From: an uncultured bacterium
GTDB taxonomy: Bacteria > Patescibacteriota > Minisyncoccia > Phycocordibacterales > Phycocordibacteraceae
Direction of reading: 5' to 3'
NCBI GenBank assembly: GCA_947085985.1
Contig: CAMTYL010000004.1
Location: 61,547-125,546 of the forward strand
Length of the DNA: 64,000 nt
The stretch's first letter is position 1; every line of letters begins with the position of its first letter. Shown piece after piece: positions 50,245 through 60,639 of this stretch. The notes beneath the pieces were generated by a model. It saw only the letters and a program-made list of their open reading frames with translations. It made no database searches and was not told where the DNA came from. The translations under genes and the position numbers were made by a program.

Positions 50245-51450
50245 CTAAATCTTGTCCGAAAGAGAGTAAATCGGCGTGATCATTGAAACAGCAAAGACTC
50301 CCACGAACACGCCGATAAAGAGCATCAAAAGCGGCTCAATAATGGTGGAGAGGTCTTTCGTTCTGTCCTCCACATCAGTCTCGTAGTACTCTGCCACCTG
50401 TCCCAACATGTCAGACACCTTTCCTGTTTCCTCGCCCACCAAAATCATGTCGGTAAAAAATGCTGGGTAGAGCTTTGGATACTTATTAAATGTTGCGGAG
50501 AGCGCTTCTCCTTTGCGCACACTCTCCTCCGCTTCAACAAGCACCGCACCAAACACATTCTTCCCTACCACCTCCCCGGCAATGCTGATAGCAGTAAGCA
50601 TTTCAACTCCAGAGGAGAGGAGTGAGGAAAGTGAACGTGCAGCACGAGCACCCATGGTCTCGCGCACCAAGTCTCCAATGACGGGGATACGCAAAGCAGC
50701 CTGCAAAATAAGTGCGCTTCCGACACGTGAGTGGGTGAAGGCATACACAGCACCAAAGAACCCCGCAAGGAGGAGGAGCGAAACGATTATGTTGTTTGCC
50801 AGGAAGTCAGAGACCCCAATAATAATCTTTGTCGCCGTAGGAAGCTCAACACCAAGCGACTCAAACGTGGCAGAAAGTGTTGGCACCACAAACATAAGCA
50901 TCAGCACGCCAATCACCACAATGGCAGAGAGAATAATGCTTGGGTAAATCATGGCCCCCTTTACTTTCTTTTGCAGCGTAAAGGAGCGGTCCATTTGCTT
51001 GGCAATAGACTTGAGAGACTCGGCAAGAGTTCCCGATTCTTCGCCTGCCTTTGCCATTGCGATGAACAACTCGGGAAACACTTTCCGATGCATCATCAGT
51101 GCTTCGTGGAACGACCCGCCTGTTTTGATTTTCTCTTCAATGCTTGCGACTACCGCTTTCAAGTATTTGTTCTTTGACTGACGCTCAATAACGGACAGTG
51201 CGCGCGAAAGTGTGAGTCCTGCGGAAAGCATGGCTCCGAGGTTCTTGGTAAACGTAATCTTCTCCTCGGTTTTAATACCGGTACCAAACACAATGCCACC
51301 CGTTTTTTTTGGGTCCTTTGCTTCAGCAACATCAAGTACCGTCACACCCTCTGCTTCTAGTTGCGAATACACCGAGAAACGATTCTCCGCATCTATCATT
51401 CGCTTCTCTTTTGCACCGTCTTTTGTTTGAACGGATACGCGAAATTTCAT
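50245..51450 (-). CDS. pilC: type IV pilus platform protein PilC/GspF
   Basis: AGEESGTL, AMIYP, VGEETG, IEP. Confidence 0.93.
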   Translation of the reverse strand: MKFRVSVQTKDGAKEKRMIDAENRFSVYSQLEAEGVTVLDVAEAKDPKKTGGIVFGTGIKTEEKITFTKNLGAMLSAGLTLSRALSVIERQSKNKYLKAVVASIEEKIKTGGSFHEALMMHRKVFPELFIAMAKAGEESGTLAESLKSIAKQMDRSFTLQKKVKGAMIYPSIILSAIVVIGVLMLMFVVPTLSATFESLGVELPTATKIIIGVSDFLANNIIVSLLLLAGFFGAVYAFTHSRVGSALILQAALRIPVIGDLVRETMGARAARSLSSLLSSGVEMLTAISIAGEVVGKNVFGAVLVEAEESVRKGEALSATFNKYPKLYPAFFTDMILVGEETGKVSDMLGQVAEYYETDVEDRTKDLSTIIEPLLMLFIGVFVGVFAVSMITPIYSLSDKI

Positions 51451-51521
51451 TACTGCTATCGTAGCATGCAAAAAGTTTTGGGCCGGACTTTCTCATGGAG
51501 AGTCCGGCCCGAAGTTGGTGG

Positions 51522-51854
51522 CTAGTGCCATACGTGCGTTCGCACAAAGTCCACCGAAGCGGCGATCGCGGAGGCAATAGCGATGCCGAGCGCAACCGTT
51601 GCCACCCATTCAAGCGCGACTGGCAGCTGTGGCACGAATGCAAGACTCACGCTAGGAACGCCGAGTGCGAGGCTCCACATACAGAGCCCGTCGCGCGAGG
51701 GTCTCGCAAAAACGAGCAGGATTCCTGCAGAGAGTCCGCAGGCGCCCACATACAGCGGGTCAAACCCGAGCACGGCGCCTAAAAGAGCGCCGCTGACGCC
51801 GGCGAAAGCACCCACACAAAGAGCAATATCTCCTTCAATTACAAATTTAGTCAT
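51522..51854 (-). CDS. orphan membrane protein between pilB and pilC
   Basis: GGAGG SD before MTKFV; about four hydrophobic segments. Confidence 0.6.
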   Translation of the reverse strand: MTKFVIEGDIALCVGAFAGVSGALLGAVLGFDPLYVGACGLSAGILLVFARPSRDGLCMWSLALGVPSVSLAFVPQLPVALEWVATVALGIAIASAIAASVDFVRTHVWH

Positions 51855-51946
51855 TGAATAGCCCTCCACCACAGTCAAACAGGTAGTCCGTTTGATACTA
51901 CGGCTCTGTAGTAGATATACACCCGAGCGAGTGAAGGTACCAGCGA

Positions 51947-53698
51947 CTACTCGGTGACTGCACGAAGCACTTCTTCAAGACTAGTGATGCCTCGCGCCGC
52001 TTTGTATATACCGTCGTCAAGCATGGTGAGCATTCCTTCTTTGCGCGCCTGCGCCTCAATCGCGTCAGGAGACGCATTGTGAAGTATCAAATCACGAATG
52101 GTAGGAGACACGGTCATAATTTCGTGAATACCGATACGGCTCTTGTATCCATCTTCGCACTCCGTAGACGGTTGCGGGTGGTAGAACGGCAGCTCGGTAA
52201 GCTTTGTCCCCGCCTTTACTAACTTTTCCTCGGTGAGTGAATTAAGCGCAGCCATGAAGTGGTCCTCGCTCGCCACTTTTTCGCGCTCTGCTTTATCAGG
52301 AATGTATTCCTCCTTGCTGTCGCAAAGTCTGCGCACCAAGCGCTGCCCCACTACCAAGCGAAGCGTGGAGACAAGGAGGAACGGCTCCACACCCATATCA
52401 ATGAGACGCGGAATAGCGCCTGCTGCCGAGTTGGTGTGAATGGTAGAGAGCACAACGTGTCCGGTGAGCGCGGCGTTAATAGCAAGCGAAGCGGTCTCGC
52501 TGTCACGAATCTCTCCCACCATGATGATGTTTGGGTCCTGGCGAAGGAGCGAGCGCAGTCCCTGCGCAAACGTAAACCCAATAGCAGGGTTCACCTGCGT
52601 TTGATTCACGCGCTTCATCTGGTATTCAATCGGGTCTTCTACTGTGGAAATGTTTACGTCGGGCGTATTTAAAATATCCAGAATGGTGTAGAGCGTGGTG
52701 GTTTTTCCGGAACCAGTAGGGCCCGACACGAGGATGATGCCCGTCGTCTGCTTCATTGCCTTGTGAATGCGCTCCATCGTCTCCCCGTGGAAGCCGAGCG
52801 TTTCAAGAGAGAAGCCCTCCCCCGTCTCGCGAAGCAAGCGCATCACGATTTTTTCTCCGTAGTAGGTTGGCAGCATGGACACACGGAAGGACACTTTGTC
52901 GCCATCACTCTCCATTTTGAATCGGCCGTCCTGCGGCAAACGTTTCTCGTCCAGCTTGAGTGAGGACAACACCTTAATACGCGCAATGATTCCCGGCCCC
53001 GCGTCTTTGGGCAGAGTCATCGCGTCGTGGAGCATGCCGTCAATGCGATAGCGCACAAGTACTTGGTCCTCTAACTGTTCAATATGAATGTCGGAGGCTG
53101 CCTGAATAATGGCGTGACGAAGGAGCGTGTCCACAATACGTACAATCGGCAAATCTTCCGCCATTTTTTTGAGGTCGTCGCCCGACACTTCGTTCCCGTC
53201 ACTGTCCTTAATGAGGTTGATGCGCCCCGACTCGGTTGCAATCAAGTCACCAAACTCTTCTTTGAGAGACTTCTGATACTGAAGCAATGTGTGCTTCAGC
53301 GAGTCGTCGTCGGTAAGACGCGCCAAAATAGTAAGCCCCGTAGTTTTTCGCACGGAATCAATTGCAGGCAGGTCCTCCGTATCAAGCATCGCTACCTCAA
53401 GCTCCTTGTCTCCTTTACGAAACGCCACAATGCTGTGCGTGCGTGCGATTGGCTCTGGAATAAGTGAAAGCACTTCAAGAGGAATCTTTCTGTCCTTCAA
53501 GTTTATAAACGGAATGCCGAGCACGTACGCTTTAATGCGACGGAGTGCATCAGTTGAAAGCTGGCCGCTTGATACTAAAATATCTCCGATTGATTGCTTT
53601 CGCTCCTTTGCCTCCTTGTCTGCAGCTTCAACGTCCTTCCGGGAAACGAGTCCGGAATCAAGAATAAATTCTTTTAGTTCGCTTTCAGATACTTGCAT
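51947..53698 (-). CDS. pilB: type IV pilus assembly ATPase PilB/GspE
   Basis: ASDIHIE, RLPQDG, GPTGSGKTT, LRQDP, ALTGH. Confidence 0.95.
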   Translation of the reverse strand: MQVSESELKEFILDSGLVSRKDVEAADKEAKERKQSIGDILVSSGQLSTDALRRIKAYVLGIPFINLKDRKIPLEVLSLIPEPIARTHSIVAFRKGDKELEVAMLDTEDLPAIDSVRKTTGLTILARLTDDDSLKHTLLQYQKSLKEEFGDLIATESGRINLIKDSDGNEVSGDDLKKMAEDLPIVRIVDTLLRHAIIQAASDIHIEQLEDQVLVRYRIDGMLHDAMTLPKDAGPGIIARIKVLSSLKLDEKRLPQDGRFKMESDGDKVSFRVSMLPTYYGEKIVMRLLRETGEGFSLETLGFHGETMERIHKAMKQTTGIILVSGPTGSGKTTTLYTILDILNTPDVNISTVEDPIEYQMKRVNQTQVNPAIGFTFAQGLRSLLRQDPNIIMVGEIRDSETASLAINAALTGHVVLSTIHTNSAAGAIPRLIDMGVEPFLLVSTLRLVVGQRLVRRLCDSKEEYIPDKAEREKVASEDHFMAALNSLTEEKLVKAGTKLTELPFYHPQPSTECEDGYKSRIGIHEIMTVSPTIRDLILHNASPDAIEAQARKEGMLTMLDDGIYKAARGITSLEEVLRAVTE

Positions 53699-53838
53699 GT
53701 AAAAAGTTCGTATTAAAAGTATAGCGCGCACACGCTTCGCGTTCGCGCGTTTATATTTTTGCTACGGGGAAAAGAAGAACGCCCGCACATTGCTGTGCGG
53801 GCGCTTTCGTCTCCATGGTGTGTTGAAAGGTTGTGCGA

Positions 53839-54396
53839 TTACTCGCAGCAGGGGGCAGTGATCACCAGCGGCGAGACCGTCGTGACCTTGGACGGCGGCG
53901 CCTGCGTGAACCTGCCGGCGCGCGCGTCCATGATGTCGCCCGGATGGAGCGGAATGTTCAGCTCCACCGTCTTCTGATAGCGGGCGAGGTGACGGGCGTG
54001 CTGGTACGTCACCAGGAAGCTCCGGCCGCAAAGCCCCTTCGGGAGTTGCGGTACGTCGGCCTTACAGGACTCCGTCGCGTAGACGGGCAGGTCGACACGT
54101 TCGGCCGCCCTGACGGCGATCCGGAGCTTTGCCACCGGGTCTTTGGTCGCGGTGACGTAGTTCACCACCGCGTCGTCCTGCTTGGCCGTGAATGCCGCCG
54201 GCAGCTGGTTGATCTGCCATTTCTGGTAGATGCCCCACCCCATCACGACCAGAATGATGGCCACGATGGTGAAGCCGGCAGCAATGACGGTGGGCACGAA
54301 GTCAAAGCGGTCAGGGTCACCACTGATACTGTCCTCGTACTCCGTCGCCGGAGTTATGGGATCGGTGCAACTGCTACAAGTGGTGGTGTCGCTCAT
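53839..54396 (-). CDS. orphan membrane-anchored Cys-containing protein
   Basis: TTGACT-17-TAATAT promoter, AAAGGGG SD, hairpin 53780-53803, high GC3. Confidence 0.7.
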   Translation of the reverse strand: MSDTTTCSSCTDPITPATEYEDSISGDPDRFDFVPTVIAAGFTIVAIILVVMGWGIYQKWQINQLPAAFTAKQDDAVVNYVTATKDPVAKLRIAVRAAERVDLPVYATESCKADVPQLPKGLCGRSFLVTYQHARHLARYQKTVELNIPLHPGDIMDARAGRFTQAPPSKVTTVSPLVITAPCCE

Positions 54397-54638
54397 GTTC
54401 AGATTCCCCTTTCAAGGGTGTATGGAGACGGTCAAAGAGCAGTGCGCCCTTGATCCAGTCTCCAGCTAATGGAAATGGAGGGCCAAAACAAAAGCCCAAA
54501 CGCATATATATATTACACCACTATGACCCAATAGTCAAGCTGGGCATATTGACTGAATCTACCTATATATGGTATGTTTTACCTATCTGAGATGTCCGGG
54601 AACCCGGGCATTTCTTGTTAAGAATGCAGTGTTTGCAT

Positions 54639-54763
54639 GAACCTGAGGTAAAATTGCCAAATGCGAGGCGTGGGCAGGCCAGCGAGTGAGGCGTACTGAA
54701 TAGTACGATGAACGAGCTGGACGGGGGCCCGCAACGAAGCAGGTGGTGATTTTAGACAGGTTC
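54639..54763 (+). repeat. structured intergenic element, copy F (nusA leader)
   Basis: gaacctgaggtaaaattgcca AATGCGAGGCGTGGG...CGTAC-tgaata-GTACG...CCCGCAACGAAGCAG gtggtgattttagacaggttc. Confidence 0.8.
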
Positions 54764-54808
54764 CCTGGGCGACAATTACATACAGGTACTACAACTAAAT
54801 ACAGGCTT

Positions 54809-56200
54809 ATGTTGGATCTAAAGACAATCAATTCAGTGCTCGGCGAGTTTGAGGAGCGTGGCATCACCAAGGAGGTGATGGTGGACGCTATTGAGCAGGC
54901 CATGGCTACTGCCTACAAGAAGGAGTACGGAAAGCGCGGACAGGTAATCCGTGGCATTTTGGACATGAATACGGGCACCGTTGCGTTTGAGCAGGTAAAG
55001 ACCGTCGTAGACGAGTCCATGGTGCGCTTCCCTGAGGAAGGCGAGGAGGAAATTGTGCACGCTCCAGAACAGCACGGACACCGTGAGGAGGTAGAAATAC
55101 TCAACGAGGGCGAGCTTCCACGCTTTGATGCCGAGAAGCACATGTTGATTGACGACGCCAAGCGTATTAAGCGTGGTGTTGAGGTGGGCGAGGAAATGAT
55201 TTTCCCGCTTGAGCCACAGGACGACTTTGGCCGCATTGCTGCACAAACGGCAAAGCAGGTAGTTATTCAGAAGATTCGCGAGGCTGAGAAGCTTTCTATC
55301 TTGGACGAGTTCGGTCACAAGAAGGGCGAGATTGTCTCTGGTATCGTGCAGCGCGTTGAGCGCGGTGCAGTATTTATTGACCTTGGTCGTGCTACCGGCA
55401 TCATTCCCTACGAGGAACAGATTCCTGGAGAGCGCTTCCGTGGTGGCGAGCGCATTCGCGCATACCTCTACGCCGTAGACGAAGGATTCCGTGGCGTATA
55501 CCTACGCCTCTCCCGCTCTCACCCGCGTTTCATCGTGAAGCTGTTTGAGCTTGAGGCTCCAGAGCTTGCAAACGGTGCTATTGAAGTAAAGGGTCTTGCG
55601 CGCGAGCCAGGAAGTCGCACCAAGATTGCTATTGCTTCAACCGACCCACACGTAGACCCTGTAGGCTCACTCGTAGGACAGCGCGGCGTACGTGTGTCTA
55701 CGGTGATGAGCGAGCTTGGTGGTGAGCGCATCGATATTATTGAGTGGTCAGAGGACCAGGCTGCCTACATCAAGGAGTCTCTCTCCCCCGCTACCGCACT
55801 TGATATTGTGCTCGACGAGGAAGGACACCGTGCAACGGTGACCGTGTCTGAAGACCAGCAGTCACTGGCCATTGGTCGTGGCGGACAGAATGTGCGCCTC
55901 GCTGCAAAGCTCACCGGCTGGAACATTGATATCAACTCTGTTGGTGGGGCTCACGCAGAGGCAGAGGCAGCAGTTGCAACACCTGAAGGCGTAAGCGACG
56001 AGGTGATTGAAGAGCTAGAAGCAGCGGAAGACGCTGACCCAGCAGTTGCTGCAGGCATTGACCCAACCGAGACTGAGTCCGTTATCACTGAGGAAGAGCC
56101 AGAATCTTCAGCGCTACCCGCTGAGGAGGAGCTCACCAAGAGTGACGAGTCTAACGATTCAATCGTGGACGAGAACGAGGCTCGCGACGAAGCTAAGTAA
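54809..56200 (+). CDS. nusA: transcription factor NusA
   Basis: FGRIAAQTAKQ, REPGSRTK, AIGRGGQNVRLA; ATG at 54809. Confidence 0.97.
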   Translation: MLDLKTINSVLGEFEERGITKEVMVDAIEQAMATAYKKEYGKRGQVIRGILDMNTGTVAFEQVKTVVDESMVRFPEEGEEEIVHAPEQHGHREEVEILNEGELPRFDAEKHMLIDDAKRIKRGVEVGEEMIFPLEPQDDFGRIAAQTAKQVVIQKIREAEKLSILDEFGHKKGEIVSGIVQRVERGAVFIDLGRATGIIPYEEQIPGERFRGGERIRAYLYAVDEGFRGVYLRLSRSHPRFIVKLFELEAPELANGAIEVKGLAREPGSRTKIAIASTDPHVDPVGSLVGQRGVRVSTVMSELGGERIDIIEWSEDQAAYIKESLSPATALDIVLDEEGHRATVTVSEDQQSLAIGRGGQNVRLAAKLTGWNIDINSVGGAHAEAEAAVATPEGVSDEVIEELEAAEDADPAVAAGIDPTETESVITEEEPESSALPAEEELTKSDESNDSIVDENEARDEAK

Positions 56201-56215
56201 TTCCAATCTAATTGT

Positions 56216-56737
56216 ATGAACTTGCTACACGATGTAGTGTCCGGCACCGCCGAGGAGATGAATGTCATTATTGAGATTCCAAAAGGTTCTAAGAACAAGT
56301 ACGAGATTGATAAGGAGACAGGGCTTATTGCGCTTGATCGCGTGATGCACTCTGCTCAGGACTACCCGTTTGATTACGGATTTGTGCCACAGACCCTGTG
56401 GGACGATGGCGACGCACTGGACGTGGTACTGCTTACCACCTATCCACTGATGCCAGGCATCCTCGTGCGTGCTCGCCCGGTTGCTATTCTTCCTATGGTT
56501 GATGGTGGCGAGTCTGATGCAAAGATTCTAGCGGTTCCCTGCGACGACCCTCGTTTCAAGGAGATTGCTGACCTTGCCGACGTGAACAAGCACACGCTCA
56601 AGGAAATCACGCACTTCTTCTTGACCTACAAGACGATTCAGGACAAGGAAGTGACGCTTGGTGAGTGGGGTGGCAAGGCGGATGCTGAAGCTGCGTTTAC
56701 TCGCTCTCGCGAGATGTACGACGCAAAGAAGGACTAG
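56216..56737 (+). CDS. ppa: inorganic pyrophosphatase (family I)
   Basis: KYEIDK, YGFVPQT, DGDALDV. Confidence 0.97.
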   Translation: MNLLHDVVSGTAEEMNVIIEIPKGSKNKYEIDKETGLIALDRVMHSAQDYPFDYGFVPQTLWDDGDALDVVLLTTYPLMPGILVRARPVAILPMVDGGESDAKILAVPCDDPRFKEIADLADVNKHTLKEITHFFLTYKTIQDKEVTLGEWGGKADAEAAFTRSREMYDAKKD

Positions 56738-56754
56738 GAATTTGGACGTGTTCA

Positions 56755-56784
56755 AAAGGCCACAGCATTCTGTTGTGGCCTTTT
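56755..56784 (+). terminator. terminator after ppa
   Basis: aaaaggccacagc...gttgtggcctttt. Confidence 0.75.
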
Positions 56785-56821
56785 GTCGTGCCCAGCACGA
56801 GAGGGGTATACTGATATAACT

Positions 56822-57019
56822 ATGGAACCAGCAAATACCCCAATCCCACAGAAAGCGCCCGGCGCATACGGCAGCCTATTCTCTATCATCATGATTGTCG
56901 TCATCCTCGTGGTGGGCGCCTTCTACGTATGGAACAAGCGTGTGGCACAGAATTACCAGTACGCAACGCCAGAACAAGAGACGGTGCAAGTAGAGGCTGC
57001 GGTGTCAGCTCAAGAGTAG
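56822..57019 (+). CDS. small membrane protein
   Basis: TATACT then ATG at 56822; one TM. Confidence 0.7.
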   Translation: MEPANTPIPQKAPGAYGSLFSIIMIVVILVVGAFYVWNKRVAQNYQYATPEQETVQVEAAVSAQE

Positions 57020-57077
57020 CCCACATTCGTCTCTGTCTGTTTTTCTGGTACTATTCCCCCACTAACCCACTATATAT

Positions 57078-57683
57078 ATGAGTAAAGAAACCCCACGCGC
57101 TTCAATGCTTGTCCCGATGGTGATTGAGAAGTCACAGTTTGGCGAGCGTGCATACGACATCTACTCACGCCTCCTTCGTGAGCGCATTGTGTTCCTCTCT
57201 GGTGGTGTGGACGACGACGTGGCAAACCTCGTCGTGGCACAGCTCCTTTTCCTTGAAGCAGAGGACCCAAAGAAAGACATCTTCCTCTACATCAACTCTC
57301 CGGGAGGTTCTGTCTCTGCAGGTCTTGCGATTGTGGACACCATGAATCACATCAAGCCGTCTGTTGCGACGGTTGTGGTTGGTATGGCGGCTTCTATGGG
57401 TTCAGTGATTCTAGCCTCTGGTGCCAAGGGTAAGCGCTTCGCACTTCCAAACGCTGAGGTGATGATTCACCAGCCGTGGGGCGGAGTGCAGGGACAGGCA
57501 GCCGATATTGAGATCACGGCGCGTCACATCCTCGCTACCCGCGACCGCTTGAACAAGCTTCTCGCAAAAGCATCTGGTCAGACACTGGCTAAGGTTGAGA
57601 AGGACGTGGACCGCGACTTCTTTATGACCGCAGACGAGGCCAAGAAGTACGGCCTGATTGATACCGTCTACAAGACTAAGTAG
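57078..57683 (+). CDS. clpP: Clp protease proteolytic subunit
   Basis: [25 protein letters not shown]. Confidence 0.98.
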   Translation: MSKETPRASMLVPMVIEKSQFGERAYDIYSRLLRERIVFLSGGVDDDVANLVVAQLLFLEAEDPKKDIFLYINSPGGSVSAGLAIVDTMNHIKPSVATVVVGMAASMGSVILASGAKGKRFALPNAEVMIHQPWGGVQGQAADIEITARHILATRDRLNKLLAKASGQTLAKVEKDVDRDFFMTADEAKKYGLIDTVYKTK

Positions 57684-57693
57684 TGCACGCAGG

Positions 57694-57736
57694 ATGAACG
57701 AGAAACGGCGCCCTCCGGGCGCCGTTTCTCGTTCAT
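57694..57736 (+). terminator. long hairpin after clpP
   Basis: 20-bp perfect stem atgaacgagaaacggcgccc / gggcgccgtttctcgttcat. Confidence 0.7.
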
Positions 57737-57834
57737 TTGCGCCCCCACCGCGCTGTGGCACACTGACTACAGCGGTTGTGTTCCTGAAGTACTGAGTATG
57801 GCTGATTATCTGAATCGATTTTATTTGCTCTAAA

Positions 57835-57958
57835 TGCGCGTTCAGAAAGGCGGCAGTTGCTAGGCGCGGGAAGGTCGGCTCGCGAGCCGTACATAGAAGT
57901 ACGGTGAGCGTGACGACCGGGACCCGCAACAACGCAGATGCCCATTTCTGAGCGTGCA
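57835..57958 (+). repeat. structured intergenic element, copy G (rny leader)
   Basis: tgcgcgttcagaaa...TGCTAGGCGCGGG...CGTAC-atagaa-GTACG...CCCGCAACAACGCAGATG...tttctgagcgtgca. Confidence 0.85.
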
Positions 57959-57965
57959 CACTGAT

Positions 57966-59495
57966 ATGTCTATTAAATTAATACTGGCCCTGCTGGCCTT
58001 GAGTGGTCTTGCAGGAATCGCACTCGGATACACCCTGCGATTCCTCATTGCTCTTGGTCAGCGAGGCTCGCTTGAGCTTGAAGTGAAGCAAAAGCTCCTT
58101 GAAGCCAAGGAGCGCGCAGCGCGTATTATCCAGGAAGCAGAACTTCGCGCGGACGAAGTGGAGAACGAGCTCGCAGGACCGCTAAAAGAGCGCGAAGAAA
58201 AGCTTGATAAGAATACTGAACGCCTTGCTAAACGTGAAGAGTTTCTGGACGAACGCGAGCGTGCGCTCGCAGACGATACGGAAGAAGTGCGCAATCGCGA
58301 GAACGAAGTAGTGAACATAAAGCGCGAAGCGGACAAGCTGCTCGCGGAGCGCCGACTAGAACTTACTCGCCTGGGCAGACTCTCAGAAAACGAGGCGCGC
58401 GCCATGCTCATGCGCGATTTGGAGGAGACCTTAGAGGAATCTATTCTTGCGCGCCTGCAGAAGCTTGAAGCGCACGGCAAGGCGCGCCTTGAAGACAAGG
58501 CCCGCTCCATTCTCCTTACCACCATTCATCGCCTTGCTGCGAATGTGAACGCAGACGTCATGACGCTGTCTATCACTATTGCGTCAGAGGAGGTGAAGGG
58601 AAAGATTATCGGAAAAGAAGGCCGCAACATCAAAGCATTTGAGCGCGCCACGGGCGTGGAGGTGATTATTGACGACGCTCCGGACAAAATTACGATTTCT
58701 TCCTTTGACCCAATCCGCCGCCACACCGCAAAGCTTGCACTTGAGTCTTTGATTGAAGACGGCCGCATTCAGCCGGCAAAGATTGAGGAAGCGGTAGAGA
58801 AAGCAAAGGCGCAGATTCATGAAGTCATTAAGCAAAAGGGTGAAGAAGCAGCGTACGAAGTAGGGGTGGTTGGACTTGATTCCAAACTCGTGGCGCTCCT
58901 TGGTCGCCTACACTTCCGCACCAGCTACGGACAGAATGTGTTGCAGCACTCTATAGAAATGGCACACCTCTCTGGCATGCTCGCTGAAGAGCTTGGTGCT
59001 GATGCAGAGGTAGCGCGCACAGGCGCACTGCTTCATGACATCGGAAAGGCGGTGGACCACGAAGTACAGGGTACGCACGTAGAAATCGGGCGCAGAATTC
59101 TAGAGAAGTTTGGCGTGGATATACGCGTGATACAGGCAATGCAGTCGCATCACGAGGAATATCCGTATGAAACACCGGAATCAATGATTGTGCAGGTGGC
59201 AGACGCAATTAGTGCTGGGCGCCCTGGTGCGCGTCGCGATACGGTAGAGCGATACCTGGAGCGTTTGGGCGACCTAGAGCGCCTTGCAGCCTCGTATCCT
59301 GGCGTTGAGAAGGTATACGCCATCAGCGCAGGCCGCGAATTGCGTATCTTTGTGAATCCAGGCAAGGTCTCAGACATTGCCATGCACAAAATGGCGCGCG
59401 ATATTGCAAAGCGCGTGCAGGACGAGCTCAAATATCCAGGAGAAATTAAGGTAAACGTCATCCGCGAAAACCGTGTGGTGGAGTTTGCTCGGTAA
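57966..59495 (+). CDS. rny: ribonuclease Y
   Basis: TM, coiled coil, KH (IIGKEGRNI), HD (LLHDIGK). Confidence 0.97.
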   Translation: MSIKLILALLALSGLAGIALGYTLRFLIALGQRGSLELEVKQKLLEAKERAARIIQEAELRADEVENELAGPLKEREEKLDKNTERLAKREEFLDERERALADDTEEVRNRENEVVNIKREADKLLAERRLELTRLGRLSENEARAMLMRDLEETLEESILARLQKLEAHGKARLEDKARSILLTTIHRLAANVNADVMTLSITIASEEVKGKIIGKEGRNIKAFERATGVEVIIDDAPDKITISSFDPIRRHTAKLALESLIEDGRIQPAKIEEAVEKAKAQIHEVIKQKGEEAAYEVGVVGLDSKLVALLGRLHFRTSYGQNVLQHSIEMAHLSGMLAEELGADAEVARTGALLHDIGKAVDHEVQGTHVEIGRRILEKFGVDIRVIQAMQSHHEEYPYETPESMIVQVADAISAGRPGARRDTVERYLERLGDLERLAASYPGVEKVYAISAGRELRIFVNPGKVSDIAMHKMARDIAKRVQDELKYPGEIKVNVIRENRVVEFAR

Positions 59496-59659
59496 CACAT
59501 TGACACTTTTGAAGAAAATCGCCCCAATTGGGGCGATTTTCGCTATCCCCGTCAAGTTTTCCCAGCTATTGCAATATATGGCTCATTTCCTATACTTTCT
59601 TCGGTAGCCCTCTTGTGGGGCTCAGAGCCCTAGAGGAATTAACCCCCTAACGATTTCCT

Positions 59660-59932
59660 ATGAACAAAGCAGATATTGCAGGTAAGGTGCAGGAAGTGCT
59701 CGGTGGCACGAAGGCTGACGCAGAGCGCGCAGTTGAGTCTGTGATTGAGAGCATCACTTCTGGCCTTAAGTCTGGTGATGAGGTTTCAATTGCAGGTCTT
59801 GGTATCTTCAGTGCAAAGGCTCGTCCAGCACGCACCGGCCGCAACCCTCGCACTGGCGAGACCATTCGCATCGCTGCGACTCGCACTCCTAAGTTCCGCC
59901 CAGCAAAGGCGCTTAAGGACGCAGTAAAGTAG
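59660..59932 (+). CDS. hup: DNA-binding protein HU
   Basis: MNKADI...GRNPRTGE...PKFRP. Confidence 0.97.
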   Translation: MNKADIAGKVQEVLGGTKADAERAVESVIESITSGLKSGDEVSIAGLGIFSAKARPARTGRNPRTGETIRIAATRTPKFRPAKALKDAVK

Positions 59933-59948
59933 TTTCCAACTATTTCTC

Positions 59949-59980
59949 AATAAAAGCCCCGCACACGCGGGGCTTTTATT
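59949..59980. terminator. bidirectional terminator
   Basis: aataaaagccccgc-acac-gcggggcttttatt. Confidence 0.85.
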
Positions 59981-59990
59981 GTTTGCTCAT

Positions 59991-60554
59991 TTAAGCGAGC
60001 GCTTTCGCAACCACAAAGCTCGTGTAGTTGAATTTAAGGTCTTGAATAGACGCTTCAAGTATATCTAGCTCATACAGCTCTGCCGCGCGCCTAGAAGCAA
60101 TTACAGCGGTTGTAGGTGGCAATACGCCGGCACGCAGGTCTGCTGCAGCTTTTGCAGTGTCTTCGTATTCAGACAGGTCTACTCCTGGCCATTTTCGCTT
60201 TAAGTACATACGGCATTGCTTGAGTGCCTGGTCGTGCGACGTGATTGTAGTGATTTGCTCGGGGTTTGTGCCAGGAACTACGAGGAGATTCTGATGCACG
60301 TCTATTTCAAACATCTTCTCTACCTGGAAGCGGTGCTTGGCCATGGCGTGCACCGCCTCTATCACAATGCCACCGTTGCTGTTTTCTATAGGAAAGATGC
60401 CCGTGTCTATAGAGCCATCCTCAAGCGCGGTAAGTACACGCTCCGCAGACACCAGAAATACGAGCTCTGCATCGCTCACCTTCTCAGTTTGTATGTATTT
60501 ACGGGCAGCCTCTTCCGAAAAGCTCCCCTCCGCTCCCATAATGCCAATTTTCAT
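59991..60554 (-). CDS. prephenate dehydratase-domain protein (no ACT domain)
   Basis: GSFSEEAA, PIENS, SHDQALKQC, NYTSF. Confidence 0.85.
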   Translation of the reverse strand: MKIGIMGAEGSFSEEAARKYIQTEKVSDAELVFLVSAERVLTALEDGSIDTGIFPIENSNGGIVIEAVHAMAKHRFQVEKMFEIDVHQNLLVVPGTNPEQITTITSHDQALKQCRMYLKRKWPGVDLSEYEDTAKAAADLRAGVLPPTTAVIASRRAAELYELDILEASIQDLKFNYTSFVVAKALA

Positions 60555-60639
60555 ATTCAGGTCAGCGTACCACAAACATACGGGCATGAAATCAAAAGAG
60601 CCCCACACCGGGTTGTGTGAGGCTCCGTACGAATAAGGT

